NCBI GenBank assembly: GCA_964016885.1
Contig: OZ024743.1
Location: forward strand, 134,354,001-134,418,000
Direction of reading: 5' to 3'
Source of the DNA: Eledone cirrhosa
Taxonomy: Eukaryota
DNA length: 64,000 nucleotides
The position numbers were made by a program, and so were the translations under genes. Positions 45,701 through 60,575 of the stretch are shown piece by piece (the stretch's first letter is position 1; each line of letters starts with the position of its first letter). Under the pieces are notes generated by a model. The model ran no database searches. It was not told the DNA's origin and saw nothing but the letters and a program-made list of their open reading frames with translations.

Positions 45701-47900
45701 AAACACCAAGCACCATGCACCCAGAACCAAGCACCAAGCACCAAACACCAAACACCAAGCACCAAGCACCAAACACCAAACACCAAGCACCAAGCACCAA
45801 GCACCAAGCACCAAATACCATACACCAAGCACCAAGCACCAAACACCAAAAACCAATCACCAAGCACCGAAGAGCAAACACAAAGCCCCAAGCACCAAAC
45901 ACCAAACACCAAACACCAAAAAGCAAACACTAAACACAAAACACCAAACAGCAAACACCAAACACCAAATAGCAAACACCAAACACCAACCAGGAAACAC
46001 CAAACAGCAAACACCAAACAGCAAACGCCAAACAGCAAACACAAACACCAAACAACAAACACCAAGCACCAAGCACCAAGCACAAAACACCAAGCACCAA
46101 GCGCCAAGCACCAAACACCAAACACCAAACACCAAACAGCAAACACCAATCACCAAACACCAGACACCAAACACCAAACAGCAAACACCAAACACCAAAC
46201 AGCAAACACCAAACACCAAACAGCAAACACGAAACAGCAAACACCAAACAGCAAACACCAAACAGCAAACACCAAACAGCAAACAGCAAACACCAAACTC
46301 CAAACACCAAGCACCAAGCACCAAACACCAAGCACCAAGCAACATGCACCAATCACCAAGCACCAAGCACTAAACACCAAACACCTAGCACCAAGCACCA
46401 AGCACCAAACACCAAGCACCAAGCACCAAGCACCAAACACCAAGCACCAAAGACCAAGCCCCAAATACCAAGCACCAAGCACCAAACACTAATCACCAGG
46501 GACCAAGCACCAAACACCAAGAACCAAGCACCAAACTCTAAACACCAAACACCAAGCACCAAGCACCAAACACCAAACACCAAGCACCAAGTACCAAACT
46601 CCAAACACCAAACACCAAGCACCAAGCACCAAATCCCAAGCACCAAACACCAAGCACCAATCACCAAACACCAAACACCAAGCGCCAAGCACCAAACACC
46701 AAGCACCAAGCACGAAACACCAAGCACCAAGCACTGAGCACCAAACACCAAGTACCAAGCACCAATCACCAAACACCAAGCACCAAGCACCAAACACCAA
46801 ACAGCAAGCACCAAGCACCAAGCACCAAACATAAAACAACAAGTACCAAGCACCAAACACCAAACACCAAACACCAAACACCAAGCACAAAGCACCAAAC
46901 ACCAAACACCAAGCACCAAGCACCAGACACCAAGCACCAAGCACCAAGCACCAAGCACCAAAAACCAAGCACCATGCTCCAAGGACCAAACACCAAGCAC
47001 AAAACACCAAACACAAAGCACCAAGCACCAAACACCAAACACCAAGCACCAAGCACCAAACACCAAACACCAAGCACCAATCACCAAACACCAAGCACCA
47101 AGCGCCAAACACCAAACACCAAACACCTAGCACCAAGCACCAAGCACCGAACACCAAGCACCAAACACCAAGCACCAAGCACCAAGCACCAAGCACCAAG
47201 CACCAAACACCAATCACCAAGCCCCAAGCACCAAACACCAAGCACCAAGACCCAAACACCAGAAACCAAGCACCATGCACCCAGAACCAAGCACCAAGCA
47301 CCAAACACCAAACACCAAGCACCAAGCACCAAACACCAAACACCAAGCACCAAGCACCAAGCACCAAGCACCAAACACCATACACCAAGCACCAAGCACC
47401 AAACACCAAAAACCAATCACCAAGCACCAAAGAGCAAACACCAAGCCCCAAGCACCAAACACCAAACACCAAACACCAAACAACAAACACTAAACAACAA
47501 ACACCAAACAGCAAACACCAAACACCAAATAGCAAACACCAAACACCAACCAGGAAACACCAAACAGCAAACACCAAACAGCAATCGCCAAACAGCAAAC
47601 ATAAACACCAAACACAAAACAGCAAGCACCAAGCACCAAGCACAAAACACCAAGCACCAGGCGCCAAGTACCAAACACCAAACACCAAACACCAAACAGC
47701 AAACACCAATCACCAAACACCACACACCAAACACCAAACAGCAAACACCAAACACCAAACAGCAAACACCAAACACCAAACACCAAACAGCAAACACCAA
47801 ACACCAAACACCAAACAGCAAACACCAAACAGCAAACACCAAACACCAAACACCAAACACCAAGCACCAAGCACCAAACACCAAGCACCAAGCAACAAAC
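42780..47900. repeat. Three or more tandem copies of a ~1.5-kb HOR
   Basis: Marker CACTAAT-(C/A)ACCAGG-GACCAAG at 43458, 44983 and 46487 (offsets 1525, 1504). 104-aa ORFs at 43737, 45255 and 46766 (offsets 1518, 1511). Confidence 0.88.
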
Positions 47901-49289
47901 ACCAATCACCAAGCACCAAGCACTAAAAACCAAACACCCAGCACCAAGCACCAAGCACCAAAGACCAAGCACCAAGCACCAAGCACCAAACACCAAGCAC
48001 CAAAGACCAAGCCCCAAATACCAAGCACCAAGCACCAAACACCAATCACCAGGCACCAAGCACCAAACACCAAGAACCAAGCACCAAGCACTAAACACCA
48101 AATACCAAGCACCAAGCACCAAACTCCAAACACCAAGCACCAAGTACCAAACTCCAAACACCAAACACCAAGCACCAAGCACCAAATCCCAAGCACCAAA
48201 CACCAAGCACCAATCACCAAACACCAAACACCAAGCACCAAGCACCAAACACCAAAAACCAAGCACCAAGCACCAAGCACCAAACACCAAACGCCAAACA
48301 CCGAACACCAAGTACCAAGCGCCAAACACCAAGCACCAAGCGCCAAAGACCAAACACCAGGCACCAAGCACGAAACACCAAGCACCAAGCACCAAACACC
48401 AAGAACCAAGCACCAAACACCAGACAGCAAGCACCAAGCACCAAACACCATGCACCCAGAACCAAGCACCAAACACCAAACACCAAACACCAAGCACCAA
48501 GCACCAAACACCAAACACCAAGCACCAAGCACCAAGCACCAAGCACCAAACACCATACACCAAGCACCAAGCACCAAACACCAAAAACCAATCACCAAGC
48601 ACCAAAGAGCAAACACCAAGCCCCAAGCACCAAACACCAAACACCAAACACCAAACAACAAACACTAAACACCAAACAACAAACAGCAAACACCAAACAC
48701 CAAATAGCAAACACCAAACACCAACCAGGAAACACCAAACAGCAAACACCAAACAGCAAACGCCAGACAGCAAACACAAACACCAAACACCAAACACCAA
48801 GCACCAAGCACCAAGCACAAAACACCAAGCACCAAGCGCCAAGCACCAAACACCAAACACCAAACACCAAACAGCAAACACCAATCACCAAATACCAGAC
48901 ACCAAACACCAAACAGCAAACACCAAACACCAAACAGCAAACACCAAACACCAAACACCAAACAGCAAACACGAAACAGCAAACACCAAACAGCAGACAC
49001 CAAACAGCAAACACCAAACAGCAAACACCAAACACCAAACACCAAACACCAAGCACCAACCACCAAACACCAAGCACCAAGCAACAAACACCAATCACCA
49101 AGCACCAAGCACCAAACACCAAGCACCAAGCACCAAGCACCAAACACCAAGCACCAAAGACCAAGCCCCAAATACCAAGCACCAAGCACCAAACACCAAT
49201 CACCAGGCACCAAGCACCAAACACCAAGAACCAAGCACCAAGCACTAAACACCAAATACCAAGCACCAAGCACCAAACACCAAGCACCA

Positions 49290-52200
49290 ATCACCAAACA
49301 CCAAACACCAAGCACCAAGCACCAAACACCAAAAACCAAGCACCAAGCACCAAGCACCAAACACCTAACGCCAAACACCGAAAACCAAGTACCAAGCACC
49401 AAACACCAAGCACCAAGCGTCAAAGACCAAACACCTAGCACCAAGCACGAAACACCAAGTACCAGGCACCAATCACCAAACACCAAGAACCAAGCACCAA
49501 ACACCAGACAGCAAGCACCAAGCACCAAACACCAAACTCCAAGCACCAAGCACCAAACACCAAGCACCAAGCGCCAAAGACCAAACACCAGGCACCAAGC
49601 ACGAAACACCAAGCACCAAGCACCAAACACCAAGAACCAAGCACCAAACACCAAACACCAAGCACCAAGCACCAAACACCAAGCACCAAGCGCCAAACAC
49701 CAAACACCAAGCACCAAGCACCAAACACCAAGCACCAACCACCAAGCACCAAACACCAAGCACCAAGCACCAAACACCAAGCACCAATCACCAAACAGCA
49801 AGCACCAAGCACCAAACACCAAACACCAAGCACCAAGCACCAAACACCAAGCACCAAGCACCAAACACCAAGCACCAAGCACCAAACACCAAAAACCAAT
49901 CACCAAGCACCAAAGAGCAAACACCAAGCCCCAAGCACCAAACACCAAACACCAAACACCAAATAGCAAACACTAAACACCAAACACCAAACAGCAAACA
50001 CAAAACACCAAATAGCAAATACCAAACAGCAAACACCAAACACCAAACAGCAAACACCAAACACCAACCAGGAAACACCAAAGACCAAGCACCAAACACC
50101 AAGCACCAAGCCCCAAGCACCAAACACCAAGCACCAAGCACCAAACACCAAGCACCAAGCACCAAGCACCATGCACCAAACACCAAGCACCAAGCACCAA
50201 ACAGCAAACACCAAACAGCAAACACCAAACACCAAACACCAACCAGCAAACACCAAACACCAAACACCAAACAGCAAACACCAAACAGCAAACACCAAAC
50301 AGCAAACACCAAACACCAAATACGAAACACCAAACGCCAAAAAGCAAACGCCAAACCCCAAACGCCAAACAGCAAATGCCAAACCCCAAACGCCAAACAG
50401 CAAACGCCAAGCGCCAAACACCAAAGACCAAGCGCCAAGCAACAAACACCAAACACCAAGCACCAAGCACCAAACACCAAACACCAAGCACCAAGTACCA
50501 AACACCAAACACCAAGCACCAAACACCAAACAGCAAACGCCAAAAAGCAAACGCCAAACCCCAAACGCCAAACAGCAAACGCCAAGGACCAAACACCAAA
50601 CACCAAGCGCCAAGCACCAAATACCAAACACCAAGCACCAAGCACCAAACACCAAACACCAAGGACCAATCACCAAACACCAAGCACCAAGCGCCAAACA
50701 GCAAACACCATACACCTAGCACCAAGCACCAAGCACCAAACACCAAGCACCAAGCCCCAAGCACCAAATAGCAAGCACCCAGCACCATACACCAAACACC
50801 AAGCACCAAGCACCCAGAACAAAGCACCAACCACCAAACACCAAACACCAAGCTCCAAGCACCAAACACCAAACACCAAGCACCAAGCACCAAGCACCAA
50901 GCACCAAACACCAAACACCAAGCACCAAGCACCAAACACCAAGCACCAAGCGCCAAACACCAAACACCAAACACCTAGCACCAAGCACCAAGCACCGAAC
51001 ACCAAGCACCAAACACCAAGCACCAAGCACCAAGCACCAAGCACCAAGCACCAAACACCAATCACCAAGCCCCAAGCACCCAGAACCAAGCACCAAGCAC
51101 CAAACACCAAACACCAAGCACCAAGCACCAAACACCAAACACCAAGCACCAAGCACCAAGCACCAAGCACCAAACACCATACACCAAGCACCAAGCACCA
51201 AACACCAAAAACCAATCACCAAGCACCAAAGAGCAAACACCAAGCCGCAAGCACCAAACACCAAACACCAAACAGCAAACACTAAACACCAAACACCAAA
51301 CAGCAAACACCAAACAGCAAATAGCAAACACCAAACACCAACCAGGAAACACCAAACAGCAAACACCAAACAGCAAACGCCAAACAGCAAACACAAACAC
51401 CAAACACCAAGCACCAAGCACCAAGCACAAAACACCAAGCACCAAGCGCCAAGCACCAAACACCAAACACCAAACACCAAACACCAAACACCAATCACCA
51501 GACACCAGACACCAAACACCAAACAGCAAACACCAAACACCAAACAGCAAACACCAAACACCAAACACCATGCACCCAGAACCAAGCACCAAGCACCAAA
51601 CACCAAACACCAAGCACCAAGCACCAAACACCAAACACCAAGCACCAAGCACCAAGCACCAAGCACCAAACACCATACACCAAGCACCAAGCACCAAACA
51701 CCAAAAACCAATCACCAAGCACCAAAGAGCAAACACCAAGCCCCAAGCACCAAACACCAAACACCAAACACCAAACAACAAACACTAAACACCAAACACC
51801 AAACAGCAAACACCAAACACCAAATAGCAAACACCAAACACCAACCAGGAAACACCAAACAGCAAACACCAAACAGCAAACGCTAAACAGCAAACACAAA
51901 CACCAAACACCAAACACCAAGCACCAAGCACCAAGCACAAAACACCAAGCACCAAGCGCCAAGCACCAAACACCAAACACCAAACACCAAACAGCAAACA
52001 CCAATCACCAAATACCAGACACCAAACACCAAACAGCAAACACCAAACACCAGACAGCAAACACCAAACACCAAACACCAAACAGCAAACACGAAACAGC
52101 AAACACCAAACAGCAGACACCAAACAGCAAACACCAAACAGCAAACACCAAACACCAAACACCAAACACCAAGCACCAACCACCAAACACCAAGCACCAA

Positions 52201-55200
52201 GCAACAAACACCAATCACCAAGCACCGAGCACTAAAAACCAAACATCTAGCACCAAGCACCAAGCACCAAACACCAAGCACCAAGCACCAAGCACCATGC
52301 ACCAAACACCAAGCACCAAGCACCAAACAGCAAACACCAAACAGCAAACACCAAACACCAAACACCAACCAGCAAACACCAAACACCAAACACCAAACAG
52401 CAAACACCAAACAGCAAACACCAAACAGCAAACACCAAACACCAAACACGAAACACCAAACGCCAAAAAGCAAACGCCAAACCCCAAACGCCAAACAGCA
52501 AATGCCAAACCCCAAACGCCAAACAGCAAACGCCAAGCGCCAAACACCAAAGACCAAGCGCCAAGCAACAAACACCAAACACCAAGCACCAAGTACCAAA
52601 CACCAAACACCAAGCACCAAACACCAAACAGCAAACGCCAAAAAGCAAACGCCAAACCCCAAACGCCAAACAGCAAACGCCAAGGACCAAACACCAAACA
52701 CCAAGCGCCAAGCACCAAATACCAAACACCAAGCACCAAGCACCAAACACCAAACACCAAGGACCAATCACCAAACACCAAGCACCAAGCGCCAAACACC
52801 AAACACCATACACCTAGCACCAAGCACCAAGCACCAAACACCAAGCACCAAGCCCCAAGCACCAAATAGCAAGCACCCAGCACCATACACCAAACACCAA
52901 GCACCAAGCACCCAGAACAAAGCACCAACCACCAAACACCAAACACCAAGCTCCAAGCACCAAACACCAAACACCAAGCACCAAGCACCAAGCACCAAGC
53001 ACCAAACACCAAACACCAAGCACCAAGCACCAAACACCAAGCACCAAGCGCCAAACACCAAACACCAAACACCTAGCACCAAGCACCAAGCACCGAACAC
53101 CAAGCACCAAACACCAAGCACCAAGCACCAAGCACCAAGCACCAAGCACCAAACACCAATCACCAAGCCCCAAGCACCCAGAACCAAGCACCAAGAACCA
53201 AACACCAAACACCAAGCACCAAGCACCAAACACCAAACACCAAGCACCAAGCACCAAGCACCAAGCACCAAACACCATACACCAAGCACCAAGCACCAAA
53301 CACCAAAAACCAATCACCAAGCACCAAAGAGCAAACACCAAGCCCCAAGCACCAAACACCAAACACCAAACAGCAAACACTAAACACCAAACACCAAACA
53401 GCAAACACCAAACAGCAAATAGCAAACACCAAACACCAACCAGAAAACACCAAACAGCAAACACCAAACAGCAAACGCCAAACAGCAAACACAAACACCA
53501 AACACCAAGCACCAACCACCAAGCACAAAACACCAACCACCAAGCGCCAAGCACCAAACACCAAACACCAAACACCAAACACCAAACACCAATCACCAGA
53601 CACCAGACACCAAACACCAAACAGCAAACACCAAACACCAAATAGCAAACACCAAACACCAAACACCATGCACCCAGAACCAAGCACCAAGCACCAAACA
53701 CCAAACACCAAGCACCAAGCACCAAACACCAAACACCAAGCACCAAGCACCAAGCACCAAGCACCAAACACCATACACCAAGCACCAAGCACCAACCACC
53801 AAAAACCAATCACCAAGCACCAAAGAGCAAACACCAAGCCCCAAGCACCAAACACCAAACACCAAACACCAAACAACAAACACTAATCACCAAACACCAA
53901 ACAGCAAACACCAAACACCAAATAGCAAACACCAAACACCAACCAGGAAACACCAAACAGCAAACACCAAACAGCAAACGCCAAACAGCAAACACAAACA
54001 CCAAACACCAAACACCAAGCACCAAGCACCAAGCACAAAACACCAAGCACCAAGCGCCAAGCAACAAACACCAAACACCAAACACCAAACAGCAAACACC
54101 AATCACCAAATACCAGACACCAAACACCAAACAGCAAACACCAAACACCAAACAGCAAACACCAAACACCAAACACCAAACAGCAAACACGAAACAGCAA
54201 ACACCAAACAGCAGACACCAAACAGCAAACACCAAACAGCAAACACCAAACACCAAACACCAAACACCAAGCACCAACCACCAAACACCAAGCACCAAGC
54301 AACAAACACCAATCACCAAGCACCGAGCACTAAAAACCAAACATCTAGCACCAAGCACCAAGCACCAAACACCAAGCACCAAGCACCAAGCACCAAACAC
54401 CAAGCACCAAAGACCAAGCCCCAAATACCAAGCACCAAGCACCAAACACCAATCACCAGGCACCAAGCACCAAACACCAAGAACCAAGCACCAAGCACTA
54501 AACACCAAATACCAAGCACCAAGCACCAAACACCAAACACCAAGCACCAAGTACCAAACTCCAAACACCAAACACCAAGCACCAAGCACCAAATCCCAAG
54601 CACCAAACACCAAGCACCAATCACCAAACACCAAACACCAAGCACCAAGCACCAAACACCAAAAACCAAGCACCAAGCACCAAGCACCAAACACCTAACG
54701 CCAAACACCAAACACCAAACACCAAGCACCAAGCACCAAACACCAAAAACCAAGCACCAAGCACCAAGCACCAAACACCTAACGCCAAACACCGAAAACC
54801 AAGTACCAAGCACCAAACACCAAGCACCAAGCGTCAAAGACCAAACACCTAGCACCAAGCACGAAACACCAAGTACCAGGCACCAATCACCAAACACCAA
54901 GAACCAAGCACCAAACACCAGACAGCAAGCACCAAGCACCAAACACCAAACTCCAAGCACCAAGCACCAAACACCAAGCACCAAGCGCCAAAGACCAAAC
55001 ACCAGGCACCAAGCACGAAACACCAAGCACCAAGCACCAAACACCAAGAACCAAGCACCAAACACCAAACACCAAGCACCAAGCACCAAACACCAAGCAC
55101 CAAGCGCCAAACACCAAACACCAAGCACCAAGCACCAAACACCAAGCACCAACCACCAAGCACCAAACACCAAGCACCAAGCACCAAACACCAAGCACCA

Positions 55201-58200
55201 ATCACCAAACAGCAAGCACCAAGCACCAAACACCAAACACCAAGCACCAAGCACCAAACACCAAGCACCAAGCACCAAACACCAAGCACCAAGCACCAAA
55301 CACCAAAAACCAATCACCAAGCACCAAAGAGCAAACACCAAGCCCCAAGCACCAAACACCAAACACCAAACACCAAATAGCAAACACTAAACACCAAACA
55401 CCAAACAGCAAACACAAAACACCAAATAGCAAATACCAAACAGCAAACACCAAACACCAAACAGCAAACACCAAACACCAACCAGGAAACACCAAAGACC
55501 AAGCACCAAACACCAAGCACCAAGCCCCAAGCACCAAACACCAAGCACTAAGCACCAAACACCAAGCACCAAGCACCAAGCACCATGCACCAAACACCAA
55601 GCACCAAGCACCAAACAGCAAACACCAAACAGCAAACACCAAACACCAAACACCAACCAGCAAACACCAAACACCAAACACCAAACAGCAAACACCAAAC
55701 AGCAAACACCAAACAGCAAACACCAAACACCAAATACGAAACACCAAACGCCAAAAAGCAAACGCCAAACCCCAAACGCCAAACAGCAAATGCCAAACCC
55801 CAAACGCCAAACAGCAAACGCCAAGCGCCAAACACCAAAGACCAAGCGCCAAGCAACAAACACCAAACACCAAGCACCAAGCACCAAACACCAAACACCA
55901 AGCACCAAGTACCAAACACCAAACACCAAGCACCAAACACCAAACAGCAAACGCCAAAAAGCAAACGCCAAACCCCAAACGCCAAACAGCAAACGCCAAG
56001 GACCAAACACCAAACACCAAGCGCCAAGCACCAAATACCAAACACCAAGCACCAAGCACCAAACACCAAACACCAAGGACCAATCACCAAACACCAAGCA
56101 CCAAGCGCCAAACAGCAAACACCATACACCTAGCACCAAGCACCAAGCACCAAACACCAAGCACCAAGCCCCAAGCACCAAATAGCAAGCACCCAGCACC
56201 ATACACCAAACACCAAGCACCAAGCACCCAGAACAAAGCACCAACCACCAAACACCAAACACCAAGCTCCAAGCACCAAACACCAAACACCAAGCACCAA
56301 GCACCAAGCACCAAGCACCAAACACCAAACACCAAGCACCAAGCACCAAACACCAAGCACCAAGCGCCAAACACCAAACACCAAACACCTAGCACCAAGC
56401 ACCAAGCACCGAACACCAAGCACCAAACACCAAGCACCAAGCACCAAGCACCAAGCACCAAGCACCAAACACCAATCACCAAGCCCCAAGCACCCAGAAC
56501 CAAGCACCAAGCACCAAACACCAAACACCAAGCACCAAGCACCAAACACCAAACACCAAGCACCAAGCACCAAGCACCAAGCACCAAACACCATACACCA
56601 AGCACCAAGCACCAAACACCAAAAACCAATCACCAAGCACCAAAGAGCAAACACCAAGCCCCAAGCACCAAACACCAAACACCAAACAGCAAACACTAAA
56701 CACCAAACACCAAACAGCAAACACCAAACAGCAAATAGCAAACACCAAACACCAACCAGGAAACACCAAACAGCAAACACCAAACAGCAAACGCCAAACA
56801 GCAAACACAAACACCAAACACCAAGCACCAAGCACCAAGCACAAAACACCAAGCACCAAGCGCCAAGCACCAAACACCAAACACCAAACACCAAACACCA
56901 AACACCAATCACCAGACACCAGACACCAAACACCAAACAGCAAACACCAAACACCAAACAGCAAACACCAAACACCAAACACCATGCACCCAGAACCAAG
57001 CACCAAGCACCAAACACCAAACACCAAGCACCAAGCACCAAACACCAAACACCAAGCACCAAGCACCAAGCACCAAGCACCAAACACCATACACCAAGCA
57101 CCAAGCACCAAACACCAAAAACCAATCACCAAGCACCAAAGAGCAAACACCAAGCCCCAAGCACCAAACACCAAACACCAAACACCAAACAACAAACACT
57201 AAACACCAAACACCAAACAGCAAACACCAAACACCAAATAGCAAACACCAAACACCAACCAGGAAACACCAAACAGCAAACACCAAACAGCAAACGCCAA
57301 ACAGCAAACACAAACACCAAACACCAAACACCAAGCACCAAGCACCAAGCACAAAACACCAAGCACCAAGCGCCAAGCACCAAACACCAAACACCAAACA
57401 CCAAACAGCAAACACCAATCACCAAATACCAGACACCAAACACCAAACAGCAAACACCAAACACCAGACAGCAAACACCAAACACCAAACACCAAACAGC
57501 AAACACGAAACAGCAAACACCAAACAGCAGACACCAAACAGCAAACACCAAACAGCAAACACCAAACACCAAACACCAAACACCAAGCACCAACCACCAA
57601 ACACCAAGCACCAAGCAACAAACACCAATCACCAAGCACCGAGCACTAAAAACCAAACATCTAGCACCAAGCACCAAGCACCAAACACCAAGCACCAAGC
57701 ACCAAGCACCATGCACCAAACACCAAGCACCAAGCACCAAACAGCAAACACCAAACAGCAAACACCAAACACCAAACACCAACCAGCAAACACCAAACAC
57801 CAAACACCAAACAGCAAACACCAAACAGCAAACACCAAACAGCAAACACCAAACACCAAACACGAAACACCAAACGCCAAAAAGCAAACGCCAAACCCCA
57901 AACGCCAAACAGCAAATGCCAAACCCCAAACGCCAAACAGCAAACGCCAAGCGCCAAACACCAAAGACCAAGCGCCAAGCAACAAACACCAAACACCAAG
58001 CACCAAGTACCAAACACCAAACACCAAGCACCAAACACCAAACAGCAAACGCCAAAAAGCAAACGCCAAACCCCAAACGCCAAACAGCAAACGCCAAGGA
58101 CCAAACACCAAACACCAAGCGCCAAGCACCAAATACCAAACACCAAGCACCAAGCACCAAACACCAAACACCAAGGACCAATCACCAAACACCAAGCACC

Positions 58201-60120
58201 AAGCGCCAAACACCAAACACCATACACCTAGCACCAAGCACCAAGCACCAAACACCAAGCACCAAGCCCCAAGCACCAAATAGCAAGCACCCAGCACCAT
58301 ACACCAAACACCAAGCACCAAGCACCCAGAACAAAGCACCAACCACCAAACACCAAACACCAAGCTCCAAGCACCAAACACCAAACACCAAGCACCAAGC
58401 ACCAAGCACCAAGCACCAAACACCAAACACCAAGCACCAAGCACCAAACACCAAGCACCAAGCGCCAAACACCAAACACCAAACACCTAGCACCAAGCAC
58501 CAAGCACCGAACACCAAGCACCAAACACCAAGCACCAAGCACCAAGCACCAAGCACCAAGCACCAAACACCAATCACCAAGCCCCAAGCACCCAGAACCA
58601 AGCACCAAGCACCAAACACCAAACACCAAGCACCAAGCACCAAACACCAAACACCAAGCACCAAGCACCAAGCACCAAGCACCAAACACCATACACCAAG
58701 CACCAAGCACCAAACACCAAAAACCAATCACCAAGCACCAAAGAGCAAACACCAAGCCGCAAGCACCAAACACCAAACACCAAACAGCAAACACTAAACA
58801 CCAAACACCAAACAGCAAACACCAAACAGCAAATAGCAAACACCAAACACCAACCAGGAAACACCAAACAGCAAACACCAAACAGCAAACGCCAAACAGC
58901 AAACACAAACACCAAACACCAAGCACCAAGCACCAAGCACAAAACACCAAGCACCAAGCGCCAAGCACCAAACACCAAACACCAAACACCAAACACCAAA
59001 CACCAATCACCAGACACCAGACACCAAACACCAAACAGCAAACACCAAACACCAAACAGCAAACACCAAACACCAAACACCATGCACCCAGAACCAAGCA
59101 CCAAGCACCAAACACCAAACACCAAGCACCAAGCACCAAACACCAAACACCAAGCACCAAGCACCAAGCACCAAGCACCAAACACCATACACCAAGCACC
59201 AAGCACCAAACACCAAAAACCAATCACCAAGCACCAAAGAGCAAACACCAAGCCCCAAGCACCAAACACCAAACACCAAACACCAAACAACAAACACTAA
59301 TCACCAAACACCAAACAGCAAACACCAAACACCAAATAGCAAACACCAAACACCAACCAGGAAACACCAAACAGCAAACACCAAACAGCAAACGCCAAAC
59401 AGCAAACACCAAACACCAAACACCAAACACCAAGCACCAAGCACCAAGCACAAAACACCAAGCACCAAGCGCCAAGCACCAAACACCAAACACCAAACAC
59501 CAAACAGCAAACACCAATCACCAAATACCAGACACCAAACACCAAACAGCAAACACCAAACACCAAACAGCAAACACCAAACACCAAACACCAAACAGCA
59601 AACACGAAACAGCAAACACCAAACAGCAGACACCAAACAGCAAACACCAAACAGCAAACACCAAACACCAAACACCAAACACCAAGCACCAACCACCAAA
59701 CACCAAGCACCAAGCAACAAACACCAATCACCAAGCACCGAGCACTAAAAACCAAACATCTAGCACCAAGCACCAAGCACCAAACACCAAGCACCAAGCA
59801 CCAAGCACCAAACACCAAGCACCAAAGACCAAGCCCCAAATACCAAGCACCAAGCACCAAACACCAATCACCAGGCACCAAGCACCAAACACCAAGAACC
59901 AAGCACCAAGCACTAAACACCAAATACCAAGCACCAAGCACCAAACACCAAACACCAAGCACCAAGTACCAAACTCCAAACACCAAACACCAAGCACCAA
60001 GCACCAAATCCCAAGCACCAAACACCAAGCACCAATCACCAAACACCAAACACCAAGCACCAAGCACCAAACACCAAAAACCAAGCACCAAGCACCAAGC
60101 ACCAAACACCTAACGCCAAA
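49290..60120. repeat. Near-identical tandem duplication, unit 5414 bp, each copy containing an internal ~2098-bp duplication
   Basis: ORF pairs at offset 5414: 49435/54849, 50171/55585, 52297/57711, 53668/59082. The offset is 5415 after ~59400 (54103/59518). Internal offset 2098: 50670..51215/52768..53313 and 56084/58182. Confidence 0.93.
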
Positions 60121-60575
60121 CACCAAACACCAAACACCAAGCACCAACCACCAAACACCAAGCACCAAGCAACAAACACCAATCACCAAGCACCGAGCAC
60201 TAAAAACCAAACATCTAGCACCAAGCACCAAGCACCAAACACCAAGCACCAAGCACCAAGCACCAAACACCAAGCACCAAAGACCAAGCCCCAAATACCA
60301 AGCACCAAGCACCAAACACCAATCACCAGGCACCAAGCACCAAACACCAAGAACCAAGCACCAAGCACTAAACACCAAATACCAAGCACCAAGCACCAAA
60401 CACCAAACACCAAGCACCAAGTACCAAACTCCAAACACCAAACACCAAGCACCAAGCACCAAATCCCAAGCACCAAACACCAAGCACCAATCACCAAACA
60501 CCAAACACCAAGCACCAAGCACCAAACACCAAAAACCAAGCACCAAGCACCAAGCACCAAACACCTAACGCCAAA
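59660..60575. repeat. Local tandem duplication of 455 bp (65 heptamers)
   Basis: CACCTAA-CGCCAAA at 60107 and 60562. CACCGAG-CACTAAA-AACCAAA-CATCTAG at ~59736 and ~60191. Confidence 0.87.

Noticed and set aside
49290-60120. LTR element or transposon suggested by long direct repeats
   Set aside because: The repeats are head-to-tail and made wholly of satellite. There is no internal coding region, terminal inverted repeat, primer-binding site or target-site duplication.
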